A DNA stretch of 64,000 bases from Polyangiales bacterium (GTDB lineage Bacteria > Myxococcota_A > Polyangia > Polyangiales > Ga0077539). Numbering within the stretch: position 1 is the stretch's first letter; every line of letters begins with the position of its first letter. The position numbers were made by a program, and so were the translations under genes. The notes beneath the pieces were generated by a model that worked only from the letters and a program-made list of their open reading frames with translations, ran no database searches and had not been told where the DNA came from. Shown piece after piece: positions 1 to 8,116 of this stretch. The stretch spans positions 1-64,000 of the forward strand of contig JBGARZ010000020.1 of the NCBI GenBank assembly GCA_044229975.1, written 5' to 3'.

Positions 1-95
1 ACCTCAACCGTCCGAACCGCCGGATGCGGACCCGCTTGTCCGGTGGTGTGGCAGGGGTCGGCTCCTCCTCACGGAGGGGCCGCCCCTATGCCGAT
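1..95 (+). mobile_element. 3' end (domains V and VI) of a class C (IIC) group II intron; the rest, including any RT gene, lies left of the window
   Basis: GAACCGCCGGATGCGGACCCGCTTGTCCGGTGGTGT (14-49) is a short domain V with a CGC triad. Domain VI stem GGCAGGGG (50-57) pairs with CCCT-A-TGCC (84-92), leaving a bulged A at 88. Ends in ...CCGAT at 95. Confidence 0.9.
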
Positions 96-178
96 CGCTT
101 GCCCGGCGGTGCAGGCGCGGGACGCGACCAACCCCGGTCCCAAGTGGGCGCAATGACTTTGAACGGAGTGCCGAGAGC

Positions 179-608
179 TCAGCGCCGACGTCGCTCGCTC
201 AGGTCGACCTGCGGGCCGCGCAGCTCCGTGACCGGACTCATCTCCATCCTTCCGGTGATGGGGTCATCCACCAGCCTCTCGCCCGTTACGACGAGCGTGA
301 GGTCGAGGTAGCGCTCGTCGGCCCGTTCACTCCACTCGCACATGAATTCGCGCAGACTTGGAGAGGTCTGCCAGTAGCCGAGCTCCTCGTGCGTCGGGAA
401 CGACAGCACCTCGCTCGTGAGCACGGGGCCTTCGTCGGACGTGCAGTCGAGGTGTGAGTGCTTGCAGCAACCGCCGGTAGAACGATGGCAGCGCGAACCC
501 GAGCGTCCGCTCCGCCCGCGCGAGGTCGTCGGGCGTCGCGACGGGCGGCAGAGAGGGACACCCCGCCATGCGGTCACGGATCTTCGCGATGAGTTCGTCG
601 CCGGTCAT
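179..608 (-). pseudogene. SMI1/KNR4 (SUKH) family immunity-type protein, split across two frames
   Basis: N-terminal PPVATPDDLARAERTLGFALPSFYRRLL is in ORF 327..608. C-terminal GCCKHSHLDCTSDEGPVL...SPSLREFMCEW is in ORF 179..577. Frame switch near 462-476, with the usual middle segment absent. Confidence 0.7.
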
Positions 609-661
609 GGTGCGTCAGTCGTAGGAGTACCCCGCGAAGAACTCGCTCCGCGGTGACCCGA

Positions 662-1294
662 TCAGTCGCCGCGTGCCTTCGTCCGAGGCATCCGCTTGCG
701 CTTCGTGACCGCGGGCCGCGCCGACGGGCGCACCTCGCCCGCCGGAACCCAGTCGACGCTTTCGTCATCCCAGCGCACCTGATAGCCCGCGGCGATCACG
801 ACGCCCTCCCGCTGCGCCGCCGTGACGTGCGCGCCCGGCGGGAGCATCACCTCGCCGACCCCGACGGCCGCACCGAACACCTGCAACCGCTGCAGCACGA
901 CGTACGCGCCGCCGTGGTTGGAGTGCATGGTGACGCGAACACGCGCGGCGGGCGTCGGCCGCGCGAGCACGATGTGCTGGAGCGCGTCGAAGGTCAGCTC
1001 CAGGTCGGCCACCTGAGCGAAGGCGTCGGGCTCGTCGGGGGTCGAGACGTCGAGCGTCACGCGCTTCGCCGCGCTGCTCTCCCAACCCTTCACGCGGGTG
1101 TCGAACAGCAGGCGCTCGACGGTCGCGTCGGCGGCCGTCACCTCCAGGGTCATCACCACCGGGAAGGTCGGGTTCTGCAACGTGCACCAGTAGACCGAGG
1201 GCGAGGTCGTGTCCGCGAACAGGCACTCCGCGGGATAGCCCGGGCCGTACTCCTGGGGGCGCTCGACGACGACGACCGGCAATCGATGACTCAT
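662..1294 (-). CDS. Hypothetical protein with discoidin/galactose-binding-like beta-sandwich
   Basis: [38 protein letters not shown] pattern resembles F5/8 type C/APC10-like folds; high-GC codon usage. Confidence 0.5.
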   Translation of the reverse strand: MSHRLPVVVVERPQEYGPGYPAECLFADTTSPSVYWCTLQNPTFPVVMTLEVTAADATVERLLFDTRVKGWESSAAKRVTLDVSTPDEPDAFAQVADLELTFDALQHIVLARPTPAARVRVTMHSNHGGAYVVLQRLQVFGAAVGVGEVMLPPGAHVTAAQREGVVIAAGYQVRWDDESVDWVPAGEVRPSARPAVTKRKRMPRTKARGD

Positions 1295-1347
1295 GGTCGG
1301 CGATGAGAGCACAGCCGTGCGGTCGCGGGATGGTCCATCATCGGGGC

Positions 1348-1773
1348 ATGCGATTCCTCCACACCATGCTGCGCGTGCGCGACCTCGACGCGGCGCTCGA
1401 CTTCTTCGTCGGCAAGCTCGGGCTCGTCGAGCTGCGCCGCACCGATCACCCCGGCGGTCGCTTCACGTTGGTGTTCCTCGGGACGGGCGCGGCGGGCGAC
1501 GACGCGCAGATCGAGCTCACCCACAACTGGGACCAGCCCGAGCCGTACACCACGGGCCGCTTCTTCGGGCACCTCGCCTACGCCGTCGACGACATCTACG
1601 CGACCTGCGCGCGGCTCCGCGACGCGGGCGTCACCATCCACCGCCCGCCCCGCGACGGGCGCATGGCCTTCGTGAAGTCGCCCGACGGCCAGTCCATCGA
1701 GCTGCTCCAGCGAGGAGGCGCGCTCCCGCCCGCCGAGCCGTGGACATCACTGCCCAACGTCGGCGAGTGGTGA
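1348..1773 (+). CDS. gloA: Lactoylglutathione lyase (glyoxalase I, VOC family)
   Basis: [45 protein letters not shown] motifs. Confidence 0.92.
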   Translation: MRFLHTMLRVRDLDAALDFFVGKLGLVELRRTDHPGGRFTLVFLGTGAAGDDAQIELTHNWDQPEPYTTGRFFGHLAYAVDDIYATCARLRDAGVTIHRPPRDGRMAFVKSPDGQSIELLQRGGALPPAEPWTSLPNVGEW

Positions 1774-1916
1774 GCTCGCCCACGGTCGGCGTCACCCGTT
1801 GGTGAAGACCGCAGCAGCGACTTCACCACCATCGCCGCGATCGACACGCCGATTGAGAAAAATCTCCGCTCGGCGACATTCAAGCGCGTGAGTCCCTCTC
1901 CCTCGCAGCGCCCGCC

Positions 1917-2468
1917 GTGCTGACCGCCGCCGTGGACGCTCCCGCGCCAACCGCCGCCGCGCCCGACTTCCGCGAGGTCTATCGCGCCAACGTGCGCGCC
2001 GTGTGGCGGGCGCTCTCGGCCCTCGGCGTTCGTGGACCCGACGTCGCCGACGCCGCGCAGGAGGTCTTCCTCGTCGTGCACCGCCGCCTCCCCGAGTTCG
2101 ACGGGCGCCACAAGCTGTCGTCGTGGATCCACGCCATCTGCGTGCGCGTCGCCCTCGCCACGCGCCGCCGCGCCGCCTCTCGCCGCGAGCTGCCCGCCGA
2201 GACCGCCGGCGACCCCGTCGCGCCCGGCGGCCCCGCCGAAGACCTCGACGCCCGCGAAGCGATGGAGTCGCTGCGACGCCTGCTCGATGCGCTCGACGAC
2301 GACAAGCGCGCGGTGTTCGTCCTCTACGAAGTGCAGGAGCTGCCCATGCGCGAGGTCGCCGAAGCCCTCGGGTGCCCGCTCCAGACCGCCTACTCGCGCT
2401 ACCACGCCGCGCGAAAGATCATCGAGCACGAAGTCGCGGCCCGCCGCGCGTCGCAGGAGAAGCCATGA
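1917..2468 (+). CDS. ECF RNA polymerase sigma-70 factor
   Basis: Region 2 DAAQEVFLVVHRRL..FDGR..LSSWI; region 4 KRAVFVLYEVQELPMREVAEALGCPLQTAYSR. Confidence 0.92.
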   Translation: MLTAAVDAPAPTAAAPDFREVYRANVRAVWRALSALGVRGPDVADAAQEVFLVVHRRLPEFDGRHKLSSWIHAICVRVALATRRRAASRRELPAETAGDPVAPGGPAEDLDAREAMESLRRLLDALDDDKRAVFVLYEVQELPMREVAEALGCPLQTAYSRYHAARKIIEHEVAARRASQEKP

Positions 2469-3187
2469 GCGCCCCCGTCGATCCGCCCCGCAGCACGGAC
2501 GACCCCGCCGCTCCGCCGGAGCTCGCGCGACTCGTTCGTGGAGCCCGCGCCGAAGGCCCGAGCGAGGCCGAGCTCGCCGCCCTCGACGCCGCCCTCGGCC
2601 CGCTGCTCGGACCACCACCGTCGGGTGGTGGAGGCGCCGCCGCTCCGCTCGCGCGCTGGTGGCTGCGGGCCCTCGGGGTCGCGTCCCTCGCGGTGGTCGT
2701 CGGGGCGGGTGTGGTGGCGGTGCGTTGGTCCCGGCCATCACGCGCGATGGCACCCACGGCGTACGTCGCACCGCGCGATCGACCCGCCATCGTCGCGCCC
2801 GCGGTCAGCCCCGAAGCGCCTCCGGTGTCCGAGCGCTCGCCGCCGGTCGTCGCGATCGTCGCCCCGCCGCGCATCACGGCCGCGCCCGTCGTCCCGCCCT
2901 GCGACCCGGCCGAGCACGTTGCGCTGCTCCAGACGGCGCGCACCGAGCTGCGCCGCGGCGACCCACGCGCGAGCCTCGCCAGCACCGCGCGCGACCGCGC
3001 CCGCTGTCCCCACGGCAGCCTCGCCGAGGAGCGTGACGCCGTCGCCATCGAGTCGCTCATCCGCCTCGATCGTGGCGCCGAGGCCACGCGCCGCCTCGCC
3101 GACTTCGAGCGCGGACACCCCTCGTCGCTGCACCTCCGCGCGCTCCGTTCGCTGCTGGACGGCGGCTCCCAAAACGCTCCACCATGA
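2465..3187 (+). CDS. Putative membrane anti-sigma factor with C-terminal TPR-like helices
   Basis: ATGA overlap with the sigma gene; one TM helix, Pro-rich linker, C-terminal LLQTAR..GSLAEERD..AIESL..HPSS typical of myxobacterial ECF partners. Confidence 0.65.
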   Translation: MSAPVDPPRSTDDPAAPPELARLVRGARAEGPSEAELAALDAALGPLLGPPPSGGGGAAAPLARWWLRALGVASLAVVVGAGVVAVRWSRPSRAMAPTAYVAPRDRPAIVAPAVSPEAPPVSERSPPVVAIVAPPRITAAPVVPPCDPAEHVALLQTARTELRRGDPRASLASTARDRARCPHGSLAEERDAVAIESLIRLDRGAEATRRLADFERGHPSSLHLRALRSLLDGGSQNAPP

Positions 3188-4221
3188 CGGAGATGTCTCC
3201 GGGGTGTCGGTCGTATGCGCTCGCGCTGCTGCTGATGGCGGGTCCGCTCGCTGCGCAGCCCGCCGCGAGGCCGTCGGCCACGCTCAACTGGGTGCGGATG
3301 CCCGGCGCCGAGTCGTGCATCTCCCCGCAGGCCCTTGCTCGCGCGGTCGAAGAGCGCCTCGGCCGCCCGCTGCTCGTGCCGCTCGCCCGCGCCGAGTGGT
3401 CGCTCGAAGGCCGCGTCGAACGCCGCGCCGGTCAATGGATCGCGACGCTCGCCGCCTCGCGCGACGACGGACGCTCGGGCGCCCGATCGGTGAGCATCGA
3501 TGCCCCGGACTGCGCCGCCCTCGACCCGCAGCTCGTCGCCGTGGTCACGCTCCTCCTCGACCCCACCTGGACCGGCGACGTCGCTCCGTCTCCGCCATCT
3601 CTCCCCGCGCCTCCCGTCCCGCCATCCCCGCCATCGGTTGGCGTGGCTCCGGTGCGCCCGATCACCGAGCCCGCTCCGCCTGCTCCACGTCCGCGTCGTA
3701 CGTTGCTCGGCGTCGGCGTCGGCTTCGCGCTCGGCTGGCTGCCCGACCCCGCACCGTCGTTTCGCGTCGAGGCGGGGTTTGCCCCGTGGGGGCCGCGCGC
3801 GCGCATCCACGCGTCGCTCGGCGCGGTGGGTCCCATGCGTCGCTCCATCGGCACGTCGGGACCCGACGCGGACTTCCTCTCGTTGCACGCGGAGCTCGCC
3901 GTCTGCCTCTCGCGGCTCTCCGTGCCGTGGGCCTCGCTCTGTCCCGGCGTGGTCGTCGGAGCGCTGCACGGAAACGCCACCGGATCAGCCCGCGACCTCA
4001 GCGCGTGGAGCCCGGCGCTCGGGGTGAGCCTGCGTGCGCGCTTCGAGGTTCCGCTGTCCGAGGAGTGGAGGATTCTCGCGTCGCTCGGGGCGACGCTCCC
4101 GCTGCTCTGGGCCCGCTTCGCGCTCGCTTCAGGGACGGGCGACACGGTCTCGCAAGACATCGGCCCCGAGTCTCCGGTCGCCCTCGGCGCCGAGCTCGGC
4201 GTGGGGTACGCGCTGCCATGA
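3184..4221 (+). CDS. Secreted hypothetical protein, possible outer-membrane beta-barrel C-terminus (ECF cassette third gene)
   Basis: ATGA overlap; signal peptide; N-terminal two-Cys domain, Pro-rich linker, amphipathic beta strands ending ELGVGYALP. Confidence 0.6.
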   Translation: MTEMSPGCRSYALALLLMAGPLAAQPAARPSATLNWVRMPGAESCISPQALARAVEERLGRPLLVPLARAEWSLEGRVERRAGQWIATLAASRDDGRSGARSVSIDAPDCAALDPQLVAVVTLLLDPTWTGDVAPSPPSLPAPPVPPSPPSVGVAPVRPITEPAPPAPRPRRTLLGVGVGFALGWLPDPAPSFRVEAGFAPWGPRARIHASLGAVGPMRRSIGTSGPDADFLSLHAELAVCLSRLSVPWASLCPGVVVGALHGNATGSARDLSAWSPALGVSLRARFEVPLSEEWRILASLGATLPLLWARFALASGTGDTVSQDIGPESPVALGAELGVGYALP

Positions 4222-5480
4222 AGCACCAACTCGCACTGCTCTCGATGCTCACCGCGCTCGGTGGTTGTCGCGTGGTCACCTTCGTCGGAACCAGCGCCGA
4301 CCTCGACGCATCCCGTGCCGACGCCAGCCTCGACGCGTCTGTCGACGCGGCGCCCGATGGGCCTCACGACGTCAGCCCCGTTGACGTCAGCGACGGCTTC
4401 GACCAGGCGCAGCTGGAGCGCTACGGGCTCGTCCATCGGGGCGTCGGCGTCATCCCCGATGGGGTGTCCGACGAGCGCTCGTTTCGCATCGCGTACCTCG
4501 GCGAGGACGGCCGGGTACGCGTCGAGCGCCGCGCATCGGAGACCCTCGCGCGCGAGTGCGAACGCAGCTTCGACCCGCCGGCCGAGGCCGACCTCGTCGC
4601 GGCCCCCGCGGTGCCCTACCAGCGCTCCGAACTCTACGCGCTCGGTCGCGAGCGGTCTTCGGGGGCGCTGCGCTACTACGCGCTGCTCGGGACGGGGATG
4701 CCCGACACCTGCGGGGCCGGCTTCGACCCCTGGGTCGCGCTACCCGATGCCCCAACAGGAACAGCCTTCCGCAGCGCGCCCGCGGCGGCGTTCATGCCGT
4801 TCGCACCGGGCGGCCCTGCGGTGTGGGTCGCGGTGTTCACCGGCGAGTCCACGGTGCACCTCAGCGAGCGCGCGGTGCTCCCCGGCGCCCCGCGGTGGGA
4901 GCGCTGGATCGCGATGCCGCCGATCCCCGAGGGCGAGCGCGTGGTGGCGGCGCCGAGCATCAGCGTCGGCGGGGTCAACACCTTCATCGTGGGCGTGCTC
5001 ACCGAAGACGCCGCGGGGCGTCGGCGGCTGCGCGATCGCAACTTCCAGCTCCCCGAGCGCGTCTGGGGCCCGGCCTGGACGGAGCAGGAGACGGGGCGGG
5101 GCGTTCCCGAGTCCGAGGTCTCGCACCTGGTGTTCGAGATCGACCCGCGCTACCGGCAGGGGCCGCATCCCTACGCGACGTGGCAACTCTACCGCGACCA
5201 GCGTGGGGCGGTCTGGGCTCAGGTCTACGGCGAGCGCCGCGGGTTCAGCCTGGGGTGGGGCCCGTGGACCGACCTCGGCGCACCCTTCGACGACCTCGTG
5301 GTGAAGGTCGGGCGCATCGTCGCCACCCCGCGCAGGAACGTCCCCCAGGGGCGGGGCGAGGTGCTGGTGCTCGCCGAGCCGCTCGCGGGTCCGCGGACGC
5401 TCCGCTACCTGAGCTCGTGGTTCGACACGCCCGCGGGGTCGGCGGTGCGCTGGGTCGACGTCCCCGACCCGCTCCGCTGA
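4218..5480 (+). CDS. Hypothetical lipoprotein, Trp-rich beta-propeller-like
   Basis: Lipobox-like LGGC after hydrophobic signal; Asp/Ala linker; repeated W..W motifs; ATGA overlap with upstream gene. Confidence 0.65.
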   Translation: MKHQLALLSMLTALGGCRVVTFVGTSADLDASRADASLDASVDAAPDGPHDVSPVDVSDGFDQAQLERYGLVHRGVGVIPDGVSDERSFRIAYLGEDGRVRVERRASETLARECERSFDPPAEADLVAAPAVPYQRSELYALGRERSSGALRYYALLGTGMPDTCGAGFDPWVALPDAPTGTAFRSAPAAAFMPFAPGGPAVWVAVFTGESTVHLSERAVLPGAPRWERWIAMPPIPEGERVVAAPSISVGGVNTFIVGVLTEDAAGRRRLRDRNFQLPERVWGPAWTEQETGRGVPESEVSHLVFEIDPRYRQGPHPYATWQLYRDQRGAVWAQVYGERRGFSLGWGPWTDLGAPFDDLVVKVGRIVATPRRNVPQGRGEVLVLAEPLAGPRTLRYLSSWFDTPAGSAVRWVDVPDPLR

Positions 5481-5485
5481 GGCCT

Positions 5486-6979
5486 TCACATCACGCGCGC
5501 GCTGCGGTCGCCCAGGGCCTTCATCCCGGCGACGTAGGTGCCCGCGGCGACGAAGGCCCCGACGAACCACGCGTAGTCGTACAGCGCGTGCAGCGACGGG
5601 ACGAACGCCCCCGCCCACGCGAGCGCGCAGCCCAGCGCGGTGGCGCCGACGGCGATCCAGTTGGTGCCGATGGCGTTCTGGTAGTTGTAGCGACCGTCGG
5701 GGCGGTAGAGGTCGGCCAGGTCGAGCTCGGTGCGCTTCAAGAACCAGTAGTCCGCGATGAGCACCCCCGCGATGGCGCCGAGGCCACCCGAGTACCCCAG
5801 CAGCCACTTGAAGATGTAGCCCGACGGGTCGGCGAGCAGCTTCCACGGGCACATCGCGACGCCGATGATCCCGGTGACGAGGCCGCCGCGCTTGAAGGTG
5901 ATCCACCTGGGAAAGGCGTTGGCGAAGTCGTTGGCGGGCGACACCACGTTGGCCGCGATGTTGGTCGCGAGCGTGGCGATGACCACGGTGAACATCCCGA
6001 GCGCCACCATCGCGCGCGACTCGAAGCGCGCGGCGAGGTCCATCGGGTCCCAGATCTGCGTGCCGAAGATGACCTGCGTGGCGCTGGTGATGACGACGCC
6101 CATGGCCGCGAAGAGGGTCATCGTGGTGGGCAGCGACACCACCTGGCCGACCATCTGCTCACGCTGCGATCGCCCGTAGCGGGTGAAGTCCGGCATGTTG
6201 AGCGAGAGCGTCGCCCAGAACCCGATCATCGCCGTCAGCGACGGGATGAACACGCTCATGAAGCTGCCGCGCCCATGAAACTGGCTGTTCTGCGCGAGGA
6301 TGGGCCCGAGCCCGTGCGCGCGGTCGACGGCCCACCACACCAGCGCGCCCGTCATGATGAGCACGAAGGGCGCGGCCCAGTCTTCGAGCTTCCGCACCAG
6401 CTCCATGCCGCGGAAGATCACCAGCACGTTGAGACCCCAGAACACCGCGAACGACAGCCACTGCGTCGGCGCATAGCCCGCGACGTGACCGCCGAGGAGC
6501 GTGGTCCATCCGGGCCACATCGCGTGCATGAAGGTGTGCAGCGCCTTGCCGCCGATCCAGCACTGGATGCCGAACCAGCCGCACGCGACGATGGCGCGGA
6601 GCACGGCGGGGAAGTTCGACCCGAAGACCCCGTACGCCGCCCGCGCGAATACCGGGAACGGTATGCCGTAGCGCGTGCCGGGGTGTGAGTTGAGGAGGAT
6701 GGGGACGAGGACGATGAGGTTGCCGAGGAGGATGGTGAGCAGCGCCTGCCACCAGGAGAGGCCCGCCGTGATGAGCCCCGACGCGAGCATGTACGTCGGG
6801 ATGCAGTGGGCCATGGAGATCCACAGCGCGGCGAAGTTGTAGGTCTTCCAGGTGCGCTGCGCGACGGTGGTGGGCGCGAGGTCGTGGTTGTAGAGCGACG
6901 ACCCCGTGAGCTCGACGCCGGGCTTCAGCTCGACGCGTCCATCCTCGTGCTCGATCTGGTCCGGCGCGTCGGTCTGCAT
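5486..6979 (-). CDS. NCS1 family nucleobase:cation symporter (uracil/allantoin permease)
   Basis: LYNHDLAP, RTWKTYNFAALW, GTRYGIPFPVFAR, GWFGIQ, LNMPDFTRY, NIAANVVSP motifs; about 12 TM segments. Confidence 0.95.
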   Translation of the reverse strand: MQTDAPDQIEHEDGRVELKPGVELTGSSLYNHDLAPTTVAQRTWKTYNFAALWISMAHCIPTYMLASGLITAGLSWWQALLTILLGNLIVLVPILLNSHPGTRYGIPFPVFARAAYGVFGSNFPAVLRAIVACGWFGIQCWIGGKALHTFMHAMWPGWTTLLGGHVAGYAPTQWLSFAVFWGLNVLVIFRGMELVRKLEDWAAPFVLIMTGALVWWAVDRAHGLGPILAQNSQFHGRGSFMSVFIPSLTAMIGFWATLSLNMPDFTRYGRSQREQMVGQVVSLPTTMTLFAAMGVVITSATQVIFGTQIWDPMDLAARFESRAMVALGMFTVVIATLATNIAANVVSPANDFANAFPRWITFKRGGLVTGIIGVAMCPWKLLADPSGYIFKWLLGYSGGLGAIAGVLIADYWFLKRTELDLADLYRPDGRYNYQNAIGTNWIAVGATALGCALAWAGAFVPSLHALYDYAWFVGAFVAAGTYVAGMKALGDRSARVM

Positions 6980-7066
6980 CGGCGGACATCACCGCACCGA
7001 ACGCCCGCGCGTCAATGCCCCGTAATGCTCCGACGGTGCCGCGACCCCGTTGCGTATAGTCGCTGC

Positions 7067-7570
7067 GTGGCATCCACCGCACCCTTCCTTGACCGCTACC
7101 TCGACCCGCTGCCGATCCGCTCGCGCGGCCCTGCGTGGTGGTTGTTCCCGGCGCCAACGCCGACCGCGCCCGCGCCCGCGTCGCCTTCGCCGAGGCTGAT
7201 CTCTCCTTCGCTGGAGTGCTTGCAGTGGGTCGAGTACCAGATGGTCGGCGGGGTCGCGCGCATGTCCCGCCGCGGCGTGCCCGATCGGTACAGGTTGATG
7301 CAGACCGAAGAGGCCGCGAGCGCGGCCATCACGCTGCTCAATGCCGCGACGCGCGCCCAGAACTGGACCGAGCGGCACACCTTCGCCGCCGTGGTCTCCG
7401 ACGACTGGGTGCCCATCGCAGGAGCGCCGCATGACCTCCGAAGGACCGCCCATGACGGCTCCGAGGCCACGTCACCGCTGGTGCTCGGGGGCATCGGGCC
7501 GGTGTTCCAGATTCCGTGCACGCTGCTCGACGCGGCGTCGTCATTCCCGGGTGCCGCGACCGGCGGGTGA
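7067..7570 (+). CDS. Hypothetical protein
   Basis: Non-overlapping part of ORF 6806..7570 with GTG start, divergent from the NCS1 gene; no recognisable motif. Confidence 0.5.
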   Translation: MASTAPFLDRYLDPLPIRSRGPAWWLFPAPTPTAPAPASPSPRLISPSLECLQWVEYQMVGGVARMSRRGVPDRYRLMQTEEAASAAITLLNAATRAQNWTERHTFAAVVSDDWVPIAGAPHDLRRTAHDGSEATSPLVLGGIGPVFQIPCTLLDAASSFPGAATGG

Positions 7571-7635
7571 GGGGCTTCGGAATGAGCCCTCCGGGCCCTT
7601 GTCCCGCGGCGCGAACGGGGTAACAGTCGGCCATC

Positions 7636-7995
7636 ATGGCAACCGAAGGGTCGTTCGGGCAGATCGGGTTTCCCTCTTACGAGCTGCCCGTCGCGCCCTT
7701 CGCAAAGGCAGGGTCGGGGTTTCTGCACGTCCTCGGGTCGTGGGTGCTGGCCCGCGTCTCCGACGGCGGTCGCGAGGCCACCTTCAGCGTCGAGGTCGAC
7801 GAGCGCTTCGCCCGCGTGCGCCGCGTCCACGAGGGCACCGCGTCGATGGTGGAGGTCCGCCTCCCGTCGCCGATGTCCGCGAGCGACGTGGTGCAGACCC
7901 TCGCGCGCTGGGCGCCGTCGCAGTCCATGACGGCCCGCGTGCTGGCCGACGTTGGCGCCGCCGCGCGGGTCTCGCTCTCGCTCCCCACCGACTGA
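7636..7995 (+). CDS. Hypothetical protein
   Basis: ATG start, protein-like composition, fills the gap between neighbours. Confidence 0.55.
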   Translation: MATEGSFGQIGFPSYELPVAPFAKAGSGFLHVLGSWVLARVSDGGREATFSVEVDERFARVRRVHEGTASMVEVRLPSPMSASDVVQTLARWAPSQSMTARVLADVGAAARVSLSLPTD

Positions 7996-8116
7996 CCTTT
8001 CGTCTCCCACCACCTGTTGGCTGAACGCATCCGCGCGGGTGCGCAACCACTCGCACGCGGCACCACTGCCGTTCGGAAGGGTGACGGACGTGGGTCAGCA
8101 AGCGTCGGGTGGGGTC

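Noticed and set aside
96..660. Integron cassette/attC targeted by the IIC intron
   Set aside because: The 3' flank starts CGCTTG rather than the T expected for attC targets; I see no RYYYAAC...GTTRRRY sites around the small genes and no integrase.
5486..6979. NCS1 transporter as part of a nucleobase-utilising microcompartment locus
   Set aside because: Opposite strand, over 4 kb away, separated by unrelated genes, and no nucleobase-degrading enzymes in the window.
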